The position numbers were made by a program, and so were the translations under genes. A DNA stretch of 64,000 nucleotides from Octopus vulgaris. Taxonomy: Eukaryota. Location: contig OX597820.1 of assembly GCA_951406725.2 (NCBI GenBank), forward strand, positions 23,870,001 to 23,934,000. Reading direction: 5' to 3'. The notes beneath the pieces were generated by a model. That model was not told where the DNA came from and made no database searches. It saw only the letters and a list, made by a program, of their open reading frames with translations. Of this stretch, positions 37,670 to 51,464 are shown in pieces; the first letter of the stretch is position 1, and every line of letters begins with the position of its first letter.

Positions 37670-38176
37670 ATGCGCCTTTTTTAATACCTAACCAGGCTCA
37701 TGGGCCCAATTTCCCGGTTTCAGTGGCGTATGTGTTCCCCAGCTGGACAGGATGCCAGTCCATCGCAGCTTTACTCATTTTTGCCAGCTGAGTGGACTGG
37801 AGCAACGTGAAATGAAGTGTTTTGCTCAAGAACACAACCTGTCGCCCGGTCCAGGAATCGAAACCACAATTTTACGATCATGATGCTGAAACCCTAACCA
37901 CTAAGCCACGCGCTTCCACAAATAAATGTGCCCTGTTTAAAACCTAGCCAGGCTCATGGGCCCGGTTTCCCGGTTTCAATGGCGTATGTGTTCCCCAGCT
38001 GGACAGGATGCCAGTCCATCGCAGCTTTACTCATTTTTGCCAGCTGAGTGGACTGGAGCAACGTGAAATGAAGTGTTTTGCTCAAGAACACAACGCGTCG
38101 CCCGGTCCAGGAATCGAAACCACAATTTTACGATCATGGTGCTGACACCCTAACCACTAAGCTACGCGCCTCCACA
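37670..38176 (-). mobile_element. SINE family B tandem dimer
   Basis: Two nearly identical ~250-bp units; AGT(C/T)AACTAATT flanks. Confidence 0.9.
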
Positions 38177-38890
38177 GTTAACTAATTTACAAATAAAAAA
38201 ATAAAGAAGTGAAACAGAACCAGTGCATGTGTTTATTATTAGCCTAATGAACCGCCCAAGGTACAACTGAATATGTTTCAACACATTAGTTCAAATTAAG
38301 AATCTTATAGACCAAATACGAAAAACTATAGATATTATTTACCTTTTATTCCTCTTGACGGTACATTCGCGAGAATAGTTTCTGTGGTTCTCAATCTTTC
38401 TTGGCAGCAACTCCCTACAAAACATCGATTTGTGGCGATCTTCCTTTCATCTTCTCGGTGAGCAGAGAAAGGGCAGGATATGCAGCTTAGTGTTAGAGAA
38501 GCAAGGATGAAATATCTAGCGCAGTTGCATCATTAAAAAACAACAACAGAAATGCGACGAAGCGCATAGTAACAAGCGATATATAACAACATCCGATATT
38601 CGCAATATAGCAAATGTATGTGTGTGTGTATATGTTAATCCAAAATAGAAACGAACACCATTCCTCCATGTGATCAGCTTGAAAAATTGTTAAGATATTT
38701 TCTTAACATGAAACCAATGGTAGCCTTAATACGCAAATAAAGAAATTTTATCCATCAATACGGTGTTGAGCACTCATTCTCATTGCTCGACATTTAAATG
38801 TATTTATATATGTATATATATGTGTGCGTGTCTGTGTGTCTGTGTGTGTGTAAATATAACGATATTGTTACATAAAACTAAAAATGTAGA

Positions 38891-39779
38891 CACAAGGTCT
38901 GATCAATGAGTATCCAGACTGCTGTCATAGAAACGAGGCTAAAATACGCAGAGTGAAGCCGCTTGGCACAGATTCACCTCGAACTCTGCTGTGCGTGTGC
39001 ACTAAGTTCTAACAGTCTAACTCACTTCTGCTGTTTACAGCAGTGCTTGGGAGGAAGGTGTGCAGCGTGTGATCGTCGCATTGACCATGGCAGAGAAAAT
39101 TGTCATGGCGATACCTACTCAGAGGGCTACGCAAAGTTGCAGAAAACGTACGGAGAGGAGTGTGTGAGCCGCACACAAGTATACGAGTGGTTCAGACGTT
39201 TCCAAGATGGCCGAAAAATGCCACTATTGCCGAACGTTCTGGGAGACCCGCAAACAGCAGAATTAAGAAAAACATCGCAGATGTGCATGGAGCTGTGAGG
39301 AGAAATCATCGAATTACCACCCGTGAGTTATCAGAGGATGTGCAGATACGTTATGGTTCAGTTCAGTCCATTATCACGGAAGATTTGGATATGAGATGCG
39401 TGTCTGCCAAGTTTGTGCCAAAACTGCTTTCAGCTGACCAAAAAGACACTTGGGTTTCAGTTGCACAAGATCACCTTGATTGTGTCAAGAATTATGAAAA
39501 CCTTTTGAAAACTTTGCGTAGGCCTCTGAGCAGGTATCACCAAGCTTTTGGCAAAACTTGATGCAGATTCTCTGCTCAGCTTTCTCTGCCATGGTCAATG
39601 CGACGATCACACCTTCCTTCTAAGCACTGCTGTTAACAGCGGAAGTGAGCTAGAACATTAAAACTTAGTGCGCATGCACAGCAAAGTTTAAGGTCAATCT
39701 GTGCCAAGCGGATCGACTCTGTGTGCTTTAGCTTTGTTAATACAGCAACAGTTCGGATACTTATTGATCAGACCACGTA
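38891..39779 (+). mobile_element. mariner deletion derivative with ~250-bp inverted arms
   Basis: TIR GGTCTGATCAAT(G/A)AGTATCC; transposase N-terminal HTH region (YGEECVSRTQVYEWFRRF, RSGRP, SAKFVPKLLS); no DDD domain. Confidence 0.9.
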
Positions 39780-40261
39780 TTGTATCTGTGTGCGTTTTCA
39801 CGTGTGAGCCCCGGTGTTCGTATCCTGTATATCCTTATGTGCAAACCTGTGTCCTCCTATATATATAAAAAAAAGAAAATATAAAATGGGGTGACTAGCC
39901 ATTTGATAAACAGACATCGATAAAATAAGAACAGAATTGAAATAAGTAATGGAGTTGATTTGATCAACTAAAAAAAAAAAAACCTTCAAGGCAATGCTCC
40001 TACATGGCCGCAAATCAATGGCTAAAGTCATTAAGAAAAATAAAAAAATATATGTGCACTCTGCATCTTTTGCTTCTTAGACTTGCTTTCACGAAATATT
40101 TTTATGCTATCGAAACAAATGAAAATGCCAGGAACACCAGATAATCATGGAGCCATTTTCAATTGAAGAATTTCAAACATGACATTTAAATATTTATTTA
40201 TTTAATTTTCCTTAATTAAATTCCTATACTTCTGTCGTTGCTAGCGCCGACAATGCTCTTG

Positions 40262-40280
40262 GTTATCATTATTATTATTA

Positions 40281-40363
<83 letters not shown>

Positions 40364-40554
40364 ATTATTATTATTAATATTATTATTATTATTATTATTA
40401 TTATTTTGTTACTTTTGTTGATATTGTTGTTCTCTTCCTCCCCTCTTCTTCTTCTTCTTCTTCTTCTTCTTCTTCTTCTTCTTCTTCGTCTTCTTCTTCT
40501 TCTTCTTCTTCATCTTCTTCTTCTTCTTCTTCTTCTTCTTCGTCTTCTTCTTCT

Positions 40555-40616
<62 letters not shown>

Positions 40617-40796
40617 TTCTTCGTCTTCTTCTTCTTCTTCTTCTTCTTCTTCTTCTTCTTCTTCTTCTTCTTCTTCTTCTTCTTCTTCTTCTTCTTCTTC
40701 TTCTTCTTCTTCTTCTTGTCGTTGACGTTGCTATTGTTAACGCAGCGCTCTCATTGATGCAGAGTTCTATCAGGCATGTTTTTCTTTTTCGTTCTT

Positions 40797-40840
<44 letters not shown>
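40262..40840. repeat. Compound trinucleotide array (TAT)n/(CTT)n/(CTA)n
   Basis: Direct reading; about 280 bp of (CTT)n. Confidence 0.95.
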
Positions 40841-41007
40841 TAGATTCTTTTCTTTTTTAAACCTCGTTTTTAGTTATTAGAACGTAAATGACTTTTGTGA
40901 AATTAACTCATAATTAAAAATAATATACCTCAGTTCTTTCGAATACAATATTTCCGATGGCAATCTTCATTGAATCCCACCGAACCTCCTGCAGAATTTC
41001 AGAATTA

Positions 41008-41241
41008 AGGCGGCGAGCTGGCAGAAACGTTAGCACGCCGGGAGAAATGCTCAGCAGTATTTCGTCTGCCGCTACGTTCTGAGTTCAAATTCCGCCGAGG
41101 TCGACTTTGTCTTTCATCTTTTCGGGGTCGATTAAATGAGTACCAGTTACGCACTGGGGTCGATATAATCGACTTAATCTGTTTGTCTGTCCTTGTTTGT
41201 CCCCTCTGTGTTTAGACCCTTGTGAGCAATAAAGAAATAAG
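41008..41241 (+). mobile_element. SINE family A, full-length monomer
   Basis: AGAATTTCAGAATT flanking duplication; complete head and tail type 1. Confidence 0.9.
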
Positions 41242-41399
41242 AATTTCAGAATTCTTACCTAACGCGCAAACATTTGAAGATAGGGTTCCCTTTTCTATTG
41301 TCTTTAGTGAATCACCCCCTGAAATTTTCTTTCCTCTAATCCTCAAACTTATCTTCTCATGTATTCTTCAGTTCTCTCTTGTCGCTTCTTCAAAACATG

Positions 41400-42780
41400 A
41401 CATACGCCTACGATTTTGGTTAGAACACAACTTTGCAGCTTCTTGAATGTTACATTTACTTCAACCTGTCATCCGGGTTAAACTACTACATGATATCTTA
41501 GGTACCTTTATAATTCTGTTGCAAATATTCGGGCCATTTTTGTAATTTCAGGAGCCTTTCTTCCCATCCTCCCTCCCACCAAAACCACAGGCCCGAGAGA
41601 AGATCTTGGGCACTGACTTCCTTCCTGACTATTGGATGAGAAAAATAGCTTATATCTGGACACGTTAAATACTCCCTCTCTATATATGTTACACTTGATA
41701 TTTCATCTCCAAGAGGATGCTTTTAACTTCCCTTCAAACTCCAAGCCAAGTCACCGATCGCTGTGACCGTCCCGTTGCTCACCTTATTTATTGCACTGCC
41801 AATAAGCCCAGAAAAATCTCTATACTTGAGTGAAGGCGACCGTTTCCTCAGAGGAACTCTCTGATATCTACAACATCACCAAAGCATTTTTCAAACACAT
41901 ATTTGAAAATATTTCAATACTCCAGACCACTCATTCGGATGCTTGGAGAAACTTCATTACCTGTTTTTTTCTTCTTCTTTCCACTTCGTGCCTAGGTGGC
42001 ACATGAGGCTTTCACCTTCTCACCTTCTGAGTATTTGAACTTCCTGAAATTTTTCAATGCCCAGCCTTCAAAACATTAAGGTAAGGTTGGTTTTCTGTTT
42101 CCTTTCTTTAAACAATCGCATTGCTGCCCGCGTTAACGAGATCCATTCGCTCGGGATTTGAAATCGGAGTTTCCTTCTTGTAGTGGATTTTATGGATCTC
42201 CAGCCTGACTCCTCTTAAAAGAGGATGTCGAGAACTAGTCTTGATATCGCACGGATCGTTGGCATCCGTGCCGCGCTAGTCACGATCGAAGCCTCACAAC
42301 CCGCAGGCATAAATAAAACCCCCTCATTCTCTGCCGAACACTCTTTCCGTTACATGTTTGCAGTTTAGCAGCCCTTATCGTCTTTTTCCTTCCCATCACT
42401 AGACTGAACTCTCCTTTCTTCGCTTTGCAAATTTGTAACATTCTTGTACATAATCTCCTACTTGTCATTCATTCTTGTGATCTTTACCCCCTAATTTCCT
42501 AGTATTTCAAATTTGGCAGTTTTCCAATTGATTATTTTTTTCCGCTTCGAACACTGTCCTTCTATCACAGGTCTTTCACATTATGACCTATTTTCTCCTT
42601 CCTTCCCTTCTTTCATCTTTAACTAATTTCTCTCTTTCCCCACCCCGCGTTTCTCCACACAGTTCTCTTTTTATATTCTCTCTTATTACTTAATCTATTT
42701 ATTCAGTGTCAACAGCAAACATTTTTTTATACCTTTTCTCCGATGAAGGATACGGCAAGAAACGTGTGATATTTCTTTTT
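41400..42780 (+). mobile_element. Highly degraded Penelope-like element
   Basis: Vestigial GIY-YIG-like LIYC..LY.E segment near 41780-41840 and CCGATGAAGG..GAAACGTGT hammerhead-like motif at about 42740. Confidence 0.35.
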
Positions 42781-42819
42781 CTCCACGTCAAACAATTTTT
42801 TGAAATATATTTCAATGAT

Positions 42820-42894
<75 letters not shown>

Positions 42895-42921
42895 CATATA
42901 TGTATATATATATGTGTGTGC

Positions 42922-42979
<58 letters not shown>

Positions 42980-42995
42980 GTGTATATATATGTGT

Positions 42996-43026
<31 letters not shown>

Positions 43027-43032
43027 GTATGT

Positions 43033-43066
<34 letters not shown>

Positions 43067-43863
43067 ATATGCACACACACACGCGTGCACATACAGACAT
43101 ATACACATACACACTCATGCACACACATATATATGTTTACATACATATATGCATATACATAAAAGACTAAAAAATAAGTCGATAGCTACACAGACGCACA
43201 TGTGTGTTTGTGTGTGTGTGTGTGTGTGCGTGCGCGCGTGCGCATATAAATAAATACACACACACGCACACGCACACGCACACGCACACAAAAATGCAGG
43301 TTTATCCGCAAAACATATCCGTTTAAATATTACATTAATTGACAGGCTTGATAAATGTGTATCAGTGACGTCAACATTTTCCTTGAATTCTTCAGCTTCT
43401 CTCATTGTATTCACTCCTTCATTCTCTATTTCTTTTCTTTTCCATTCTTCCACTTCTTGTTTTCAGTTAACGTTTATTTTCATTTCTTTATGATTAAGAA
43501 TATATATATATATAGAAAAAAAAAATTAACCAGCCACTTTCACGAAATGATTAATGTTTAATTAGATAGAAATATAATATAATCCGCGCCAAAAACTAAT
43601 CGCAATTAATATTTACATCAAAATGACACCCTCGCCCTCTCCACCAAAAAGAACAACAACAAAACTAAAGTAAGATGTGAAAAATCTATTTGCTGACATG
43701 TTTTTATCGTGCTGTTATATTAAAATAGAAAAATAGTTAAAGAAAAAATACATACATATACATGCTTAGTGTATGTGCATTCGGTGGATATATTTTCTCA
43801 TAAGTGTGAGTGCGTGCGCCTGTATGTGAGTTGTGTGTGTGTGTGTATATAGTATTATATATT

Positions 43864-43928
<65 letters not shown>

Positions 43929-44058
43929 TTATGTACAAATAATATTACACAATAAAGTGTATGTATGTATGATGTAATATTTGTGTATGAACATTTCTCT
44001 TTTTCTCTCTGTGTGTTTCTATCTATAGTATATGTCTGTGTATGTATGTATGTATGTA

Positions 44059-44097
<39 letters not shown>

Positions 44098-44100
<3 letters not shown>

Positions 44101-44308
44101 AGAGACTGCTGAAAAGTTCCTGGCTTTGGGTAGAAGAAAATACAGGAGGATCAGTTAATTATAATTTTATTCAACATATTCACCTCTCAGATTCATACAC
44201 TTATTGCAGTAGTCATTCAGTTTTCCTAAGCCCTGTAAGAGAACTCGGAAAGCTGGGCTTTCAACCAGGTCTTTCGCGATACCCTTAAAGCCAGGAACTT
44301 TTCAGCAT

Positions 44309-44316
<8 letters not shown>
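44098..44316. mobile_element. Tc1/mariner MITE
   Basis: TIR TGCTGAAAAGTTCCTGGCTTT / AAAGCCAGGAACTTTTCAGCA within TA repeats. Confidence 0.85.
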
Positions 44317-44357
<41 letters not shown>

Positions 44358-44625
44358 GTATGTATATTATATATATTTGCGCGTGTGTGTGTTCGTAACT
44401 TCTGTCTCTCATTAATCAAATATCCAACGAACACTGAAAATGAAGTACTTTACTGGTAAGCTACCAGGTGTGTACTATATAATCTATTATCTAATATATA
44501 TTACAATTAAGGCTATATCTTAGATACCTTTAATTGAAATTTTAATAATGATTAATACCTATAAGTTAGGTACGAATCTTGATACGATTAGTATTTTAGA
44601 AAACGATCTTTTCCTTATTTATATA

Positions 44626-44680
<55 letters not shown>

Positions 44681-45808
44681 ACATACATGTGTACATGTGT
44701 AGTATGCATATGTATGTACATATCTACGTGCATATACCTACAGACACATGCACATATGCTTATGTGAATAAGGTAGCGAACTGGCAGAGGTAATAACCCG
44801 TTGGATAGAATGATCTGTAGTGTTTGTTCCGATTCCTTGCGCTCTGAGTTCGAATCCAACCAAGTTAACTTTGCTTTTCATCGTTTCAGAGTCGATAAAC
44901 CACATCCCAATTCAAGGCAATGGATTTATGGAACAGTCAGATATCTTGCAGTATCTGTTACGGCTCTTTGCATTCTTTCATTAACGCCTGGGACGACACT
45001 TGGCCTTCCTTGGATATATCATTGGTGACGTGAAGGAAGGCGAGTTGCTTGCATTAGAAAGTTACTAGTTTTATTCCCCATTTAACTTTTCACCATCAAA
45101 AGTGCCAGCATTTATTGAATATCTCTGATCTGATTTTTGAAATGTCCACAGATTTATTGTAGTTGAAGAGGAAAAGGTTTTTCTCAGTTGTATACAATGG
45201 TTGATCTTTCTTTCGACTGATCAACGGTATTGCAGAGACAATATCTTAACCATTTCTGCTGTACTTGGGCTGCTTCTAGAGGTAAATGCTGAGCCCCAAG
45301 TGCACTTACTACTTTTGCATTCATGGAAACACCACGAAGGAAAGACAAGTCAGTACGTTTGTAGCATCCATGCTCATCTAAGAGAAGGTAACTTCATATA
45401 AATCCTGCATCTTTTTGACCATTAAGCTCGTGGCACTTGTTGCATCAAATCAGACCAGACTAGGCTAGTACGAATTAGAAAGACGGGAGAGTGGGAATGG
45501 TTCTGCACAAATATGCCCACTACAATAATAAACCCCTGCTGTTTTGTGGGGTAATTTACTAAGCACTAGAAATCTAAGGGAGTAGAGGACTAAAGAAAAT
45601 CAGGAGGCTGAGACCCCAGGGCTATATGTAAAACACAGTCTGTTTGACATTTGTCTATGGTTTACATCTTCGAGAATATTCTTTGTTTCATTGAAGGCGG
45701 TACTGCATTTTTTCAATATCTTGGCTGTAACGGCACTAGTAATTGTAGGGCGAGATGTTCATCACTTGAATGCTTTTGATCACTGACTAGCTCAAAGTCA
45801 ACACCAGT

Positions 45809-46022
45809 TTAACCCTTTAGCATTCAGATTAGTCGGTCAAATGTAATATTTATTTACAGTTATGAAATAATCCTGCATTATCTCGCAACTTCAAGACCTC
45901 GATGATGTGACAGCTTATTTTTTAGAATAAATTTGTAGGGTAAGTGTGAGACGCCTTATCTACACGGTTTGAACATAAAACAGCTAGAATGTTTGGGATC
46001 AGACATGGCCGGTTTAAATGCA
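45809..46022. mobile_element. piggyBac-type MITE (same family as 2281-3201)
   Basis: TTAACCCTTTAGCATTCAGATT start; internal similarity to 2281-3201. Confidence 0.65.
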
Positions 46023-46123
46023 ACGACAACATTTGCTGCAACAACAACAACAGAAGCGGCAGCAGCAACAACAACAACAACAACTTTATATAGTGCAATT
46101 GTTTGCTTTATTTGGCTAGCTAG

Positions 46124-46760
46124 AAGGCGGCGAGCTGGCAGAAGCGTAGCACGCCGGGCGAAATGCCTAGCGGTATTTCGTCTGCCGTTACGTTCTGTGT
46201 TCAAATTCCGCCGAGGTCGACTTTGCCTTTCATCCTTTCGGGGTCGATTAAATAAGTATCAGTTACGCACTGGGGTCGATGTAATCGACTTAATCCGTTT
46301 GTCTGTCCTTGTTTGTCCCCTCTGTGTTTAGCCCCTTGTGGGTAGTAAAGAAATAGGTATTTCAACTGTTTTTATACGTTCTGAGTTCAAATTCCGCCGG
46401 GGTCGACTTTGCCTTTCATCCTTTTGGGGTCGATAAATTAAGTACCAGTTGCATACTGGGGTCGATGTAATCGACTTAATCCTTTTGTCTGTCCTTATTT
46501 GTCTCCTCCATGTTTAGCCCCTTGTGGGCAATAAATAAATAAGAAACGTTAGCATACCGGGCGAAATGCTTGGCGGTATTCCGTCTTCCGCTAAGTTCTG
46601 AGTTCAAATTCCGTCGAGGTCGACTTTGCCTTTCATATTTTCGGGGTAGATAAATTAAGTATCAGTTACGCACTGGGGTCGATGTAATCGACTTAATCTC
46701 TTTGTTTGTCTTTGTTTGTCCTCTCTATATTTAGTCCCTTATGGGCAATAATGAAATAAG
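46124..46760 (+). mobile_element. SINE family A trimer
   Basis: Three head-to-tail units; AGAAGGCGG repeated at both ends. Confidence 0.9.
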
Positions 46761-47044
46761 AAGGCGGTTTAAAACTTGACAGACTAACCAGGTAGACACT
46801 TGGTATATGACCCTGTATGTTGTTTCCCAACCTGCAAGAACAAAAACAATAAGAGGAAGAAAAAAGAACAACAAACGTGTAGCTAAATCTCCGCCACACC
46901 ATACCCTACCGTTTTAGGTAAGGATACATTAGACGTTGTAGTCCTCTATGACACAAAACAGATGGGATGGACACACCTGGAATGTATTTGATGAAGTTTG
47001 CTGACTTAGGCTTGACCTGGGGTCAAAATAACACTAATAATAAC

Positions 47045-47450
47045 TAGGTAGGCGGAAAAAATTCAAATTAGTGAACGGTTTCGGGTTTAGTCCCACTGCA
47101 CGGCACCTTGGTTATAACCCCGATAGCCTAATGCCTTGTCAGTGAATTTGGTTGACGGAAACTGTGCAGAAGCCCATTATATATACATATATATACATGC
47201 ATATATATGTATATATGTGTGTGTCTTTGTGCCTGTGTTTGTCCCCCACTCACAGCTTGACAACCCGAGTTAGTTTGTTTTCATCCTCGTAACTTAGCGG
47301 TTCGGCAAAAGTGACCGATAGAGTAGGTACTAGTCTTTAAAATAAAGACAAGTACTGGGGTCGATTTGTTCAACTAAATGGCCTTCAAGGCAGTGCCCCC
47401 AGCATGGCCACAGTCCAATAACTGAAAGAAGCAAAAGATGAAAGATAAAA
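47045..47450 (+). mobile_element. SINE family C, diverged
   Basis: Core, internal microsatellite and CATGGCCACAGTC tail. Confidence 0.75.
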
Positions 47451-48832
47451 GATAAAAAGATAAAAGATAAAACGACAAGAGATAAGATGTCTGATTGAAA
47501 AATAACGAAACGAAACAAAACAAAAAGCATTTGATTTGATTATTCAATCTCTTGATATCTCAATAATTCTCTTTTGCCATTTTTATTGTCTGACAGAATT
47601 TACAATAAATAAATAAATAAATATGTAAGAAAGTAGAAAATAAAAACATCCTAAAACAAAACGAAATAAAAAATGAAGTGAAAGATCGTATTTAAAATCT
47701 AGAAAAGGAGGAAGACATATTTCTTTGTTGTTGCTTTTTTTTTTTTCCGGTTCTGGATTGTGGCCAACATGAAGTTTAATTTCCGTCCAATAAATGATTT
47801 GTTTCTTTTAAGATTGGAAACTTTCAAAGACAAATATTTATTCTATAAATGAATATTAATATAAACTATTGGTCACCGTTAGGCTAATTGGTTAAGTAAC
47901 TTAAGACAATACAACGAATAAGATTAATAACAGTTTCTGATTAAAGCACAAGGCCAGCATTTTTGAGAGGAAGGCGTTGAGTTGAGTTGAGTTGAGTCGA
48001 ACTCGATAAACAAAAACGCCTATGGTTTTTAATTTAGACACAGGGCCAACGATTTTGACTGAAGGGGGCAAGTTGGTCCCACCGACCCCCAGAATTAGAC
48101 CGGTACTTTTATTTTATTGACCACCGAAAAGATGAAAGGCAAAGTTGACTCCATCCAGATTTGAAGTCGGAATTCTTTTACTTGCTTTATTCATTTGACT
48201 GCGGCCATGCTGGAGCACCGCATTGAAGGGTTTTAGTCGAACAAATCGACACCAGGACTTATCTCTTAAGTCTAGTACTTATTCTATCGGTCTCTTTTTG
48301 CCGAACAGCTTGCTGCCTTATTTAAGGCATTAACAATGATAAGGCATAGGTATGTCAGAAAGAAGTTCGTTTCGCAGTTACATGGTTCAGGGTTTCGAAT
48401 CTACTGCATGATACTTTGAGAAAGCCTCTTATCCTGTCATCTCTTCGGTTACACTAATACTTTTTAAGTCGAATTGTTATAGACAGAAAACTGTAGGAAG
48501 CCTTTCATATAGTGCTCTAATCTTGACGATTTAATTTGTTGTGCTTTTGCAGACGTAGTGTATTCAATGCATCTTTCTACTTTTCAATGTTACAAGAATA
48601 TTGTATTGTTATAAACATGCTTGAAGATGTCTAATGGACTGACTGGAGTCTCTCACAAAATCTGAAATTTCTGTGACAGCGGTGGCAACCATATTTATTG
48701 TGAAAACATCTGATCCAATAATAACAAGTTATGTTCACCAAATTACTGATGTAATTATATATATTTCAATACTCCAGCAGAGACACCGCTCTTGTGCAGT
48801 TCGTCTACAAATAATTATAATAAGAATACAAA

Positions 48833-48890
<58 letters not shown>

Positions 48891-49070
48891 ACACACACAC
48901 ACGGGTGAATGGGCAAACGAAAGAAAAAGCCCTCAACGCATTCAGTAGGAGCTATATTTATTATTGTTTAAAACAGTTTGATTTGGTTTTTGGCTTCTGA
49001 CAGAAACCCGGCTTGTTCAGGCAAAACTTTTAAGTCGCATGGAGCTGAATCCAACTGCTTTTAAATAATG

Positions 49071-49140
<70 letters not shown>

Positions 49141-49399
49141 CAATATATATATATATATATCAGTAAAAGGTTTGTTATAGGCATGTATAAGATAAAATCT
49201 TATACAAAACACTACTAACAAGAGTTTGTCAAATATATGCCTATAAAAAACTTTTTACTTGTTATTTTCATATTTTAATTGCTTGCTTTAGCAGGCTATT
49301 ATTCTGATATGATGAATATTTATTAGAAATATATCTTTTTTGGACTCCCCAAAAAAGGAGAAAGAGCATCATTGGCTGCAACTGTTTGACCCCTACTTT

Positions 49400-49589
49400 A
49401 TATAAAAACTCATGCAGTCACTCTCTTAGTTTTTCAGCAATAAACCAAGGTCACGCAGTATGTGACATACCCCACTATCAACTTTTGTCGAAGGCCTTTG
49501 CAAAGCCAAGATATACCACATCCACATTTGAATGATTAGACTGTTGTTTCAGTACCCAGTGAAAATGCTGTAGTAGCTGTGTGAGGCAG

Positions 49590-49590
<1 letters not shown>
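49400..49590 (-). mobile_element. CR1-like RT fragment
   Basis: SCLTQLLQHF...NVDVVYLGFAKAFDK. Confidence 0.75.
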
Positions 49591-49628
<38 letters not shown>

Positions 49629-49634
49629 AACAAG

Positions 49635-49685
49635 GCGTACGACCCCGGGTTTCGTGAAAGTGTGTACTCATCAGCGAGGCCGAAA
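49635..49685 (-). ncRNA. Hammerhead motif, intact core but weak stem I
   Basis: CTGATGA-GT(acacactttc)AC-GAAA-CCCGGG-GTC; GUC triplet; palindromic helix III. Confidence 0.5.
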
Positions 49686-49825
49686 GAATTTAATAAACTT
49701 GCAAATATATTTTTTTCGGCTGAAAGTGACTAAGTTATCAAATCACGGCGTTGTTAGATTGAAATTTCTTACCTAGTTAAAGAACGCATCTGATTCTACA
49801 TCAAAGAGATACATACACGTTCATA

Positions 49826-50700
49826 TACAGGGTGCATAAGGTATTTGAGGGGTCACTTTGGGTCATTGCTGCATTTTTTGCTAAATCTGTATAATCTTTG
49901 TTTCAGAAATTAATAATGGCTGACCATCAGCTAACTCAAGAAATGAAGAAGTATGATGTTATTGTGGTTATAAAGGTTGAGCATAACAATTTAGAAATAT
50001 CTCGAGTTTTAAAAGTTGCCCGATCTTTCGTCTACAAAGTTTGTAAGGAGCTTGTATCAAAGCATAAAACGCACTCTAAACGCTCTGAAATCATCAGAAT
50101 ACCTGAATTTATCCAGCAAGTTCAATCCTACGACCATTGATTACAATCCCAGAAAGTCCATGAGGCCAATTGCAAAAGATCTCCATGTATCATAAAGAAC
50201 AGTCAGAAATGTTGCCTACTAAGACATCAGATATAAGTCTTATATTACGAGGAAAGGTCAGTTGACAGGTCAGTTTGTCAGAAAAAAAAAAATCACTACA
50301 TCAGATCTAAAAGACTCTTAAACAAACCGAAAAATCCAGCAGAAGATTTGATTTGGTTTTTCTCAAAGGAGAAAAACTTCGACCAAGATCAAAAAGTTAA
50401 CAGAAGAAATGACAGATGGTTATGTGCAGACCCTTCTGAAGTTCCAAGTGTTATGCATGCAAAATTTCCTGTAACTGCCATTTGTTTTAGGGGTTGTCAG
50501 CAACGAAGGACATGTGATGCCTCCTTACTTCTTTTCACATGGCCTTAGAGTTATCTCTTCCACCCACATTGAGGTCCTGGAAATAACTGTTAAGTCCTGA
50601 ATAGACAGTGTATGCAATGGAAGGTCATATGTGTTTCAGTAAGACTCTGCTCTACCACACAGGAATGGATGACTGAAAAATTTTATGATCACATAAGAAA
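49826..50700 (+). pseudogene. Tc1/mariner-superfamily (maT/DD37D-like) transposase relic
   Basis: TACAGGGTG start; NPRKSMR.IAKDL, WFFSKEKNF.Q..VNRRNDRW, EGHVMPPYFF, YVFQ*DSA.PH motifs with stops and frameshifts. Confidence 0.8.
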
Positions 50701-50878
50701 TAGTTGAATAACTGTAAACCTACTTTTGGGCCCCCCTATATATAGTTGGAATTTACAAAAAAAAAACAACCCAAAACAAAAAAAAGCAAAAACAAACAAG
50801 CAAACAAAACAAAAGACGAAGACAGGTGTGTAAACAACAAACAGATGTATTAGTTTAACGCTCGGGAAGTGAGAAAGT

Positions 50879-50914
50879 CTTTTACGTTTCGAGTCTACGC
50901 TCTTCAACAGAAAG
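50879..50914 (-). ncRNA. Minimal hammerhead-like variant
   Basis: CTTT-CTGTTGA-A-GAGCGTAGACTC-GAAA-C-GTA-AAAG. Confidence 0.4.
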
Positions 50915-50926
50915 GAACACAGAAAT

Positions 50927-51031
<105 letters not shown>

Positions 51032-51059
51032 TGCATATATATCTGTCTTTTACCCTTCA

Positions 51060-51234
51060 TCTTTTACTTCAGGCGACCATGCTGGGGCACTGCCTTGAAC
51101 AATTTGTTTTAGTGGATTGAATTGACCTCAGTACTTATCTTTTTGTTAATCCCGGTACTTATTCTATCGGTTTCTTTTGTCTAACCGCTAAGTTACGAGG
51201 ACGTAAACACACCAACACAAGCACAAAGACACAC

Positions 51235-51280
<46 letters not shown>

Positions 51281-51405
51281 GACAGGCATCTTTCCTTTTC
51301 CGTCTACCAAATCCATTCGCAAGGCTTTAGTTGGCCCGAGGCTATTGTAGAAGATACTTGCCCAAGGTGCCACGCAGTGGGAGTGAAACGGGAACCATTG
51401 GTTGG
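51060..51405 (-). mobile_element. SINE family C
   Basis: Reverse-complement match to family C. Confidence 0.8.
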
Positions 51406-51425
51406 GAAATATATACATACACTCA

Positions 51426-51464
<39 letters not shown>

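Noticed and set aside
45000-45420. Possible piggyBac transposase C-terminal relic (VDL..DQ, KTSQYVC..H)
   Set aside because: Similarity too faint to support without a profile search.
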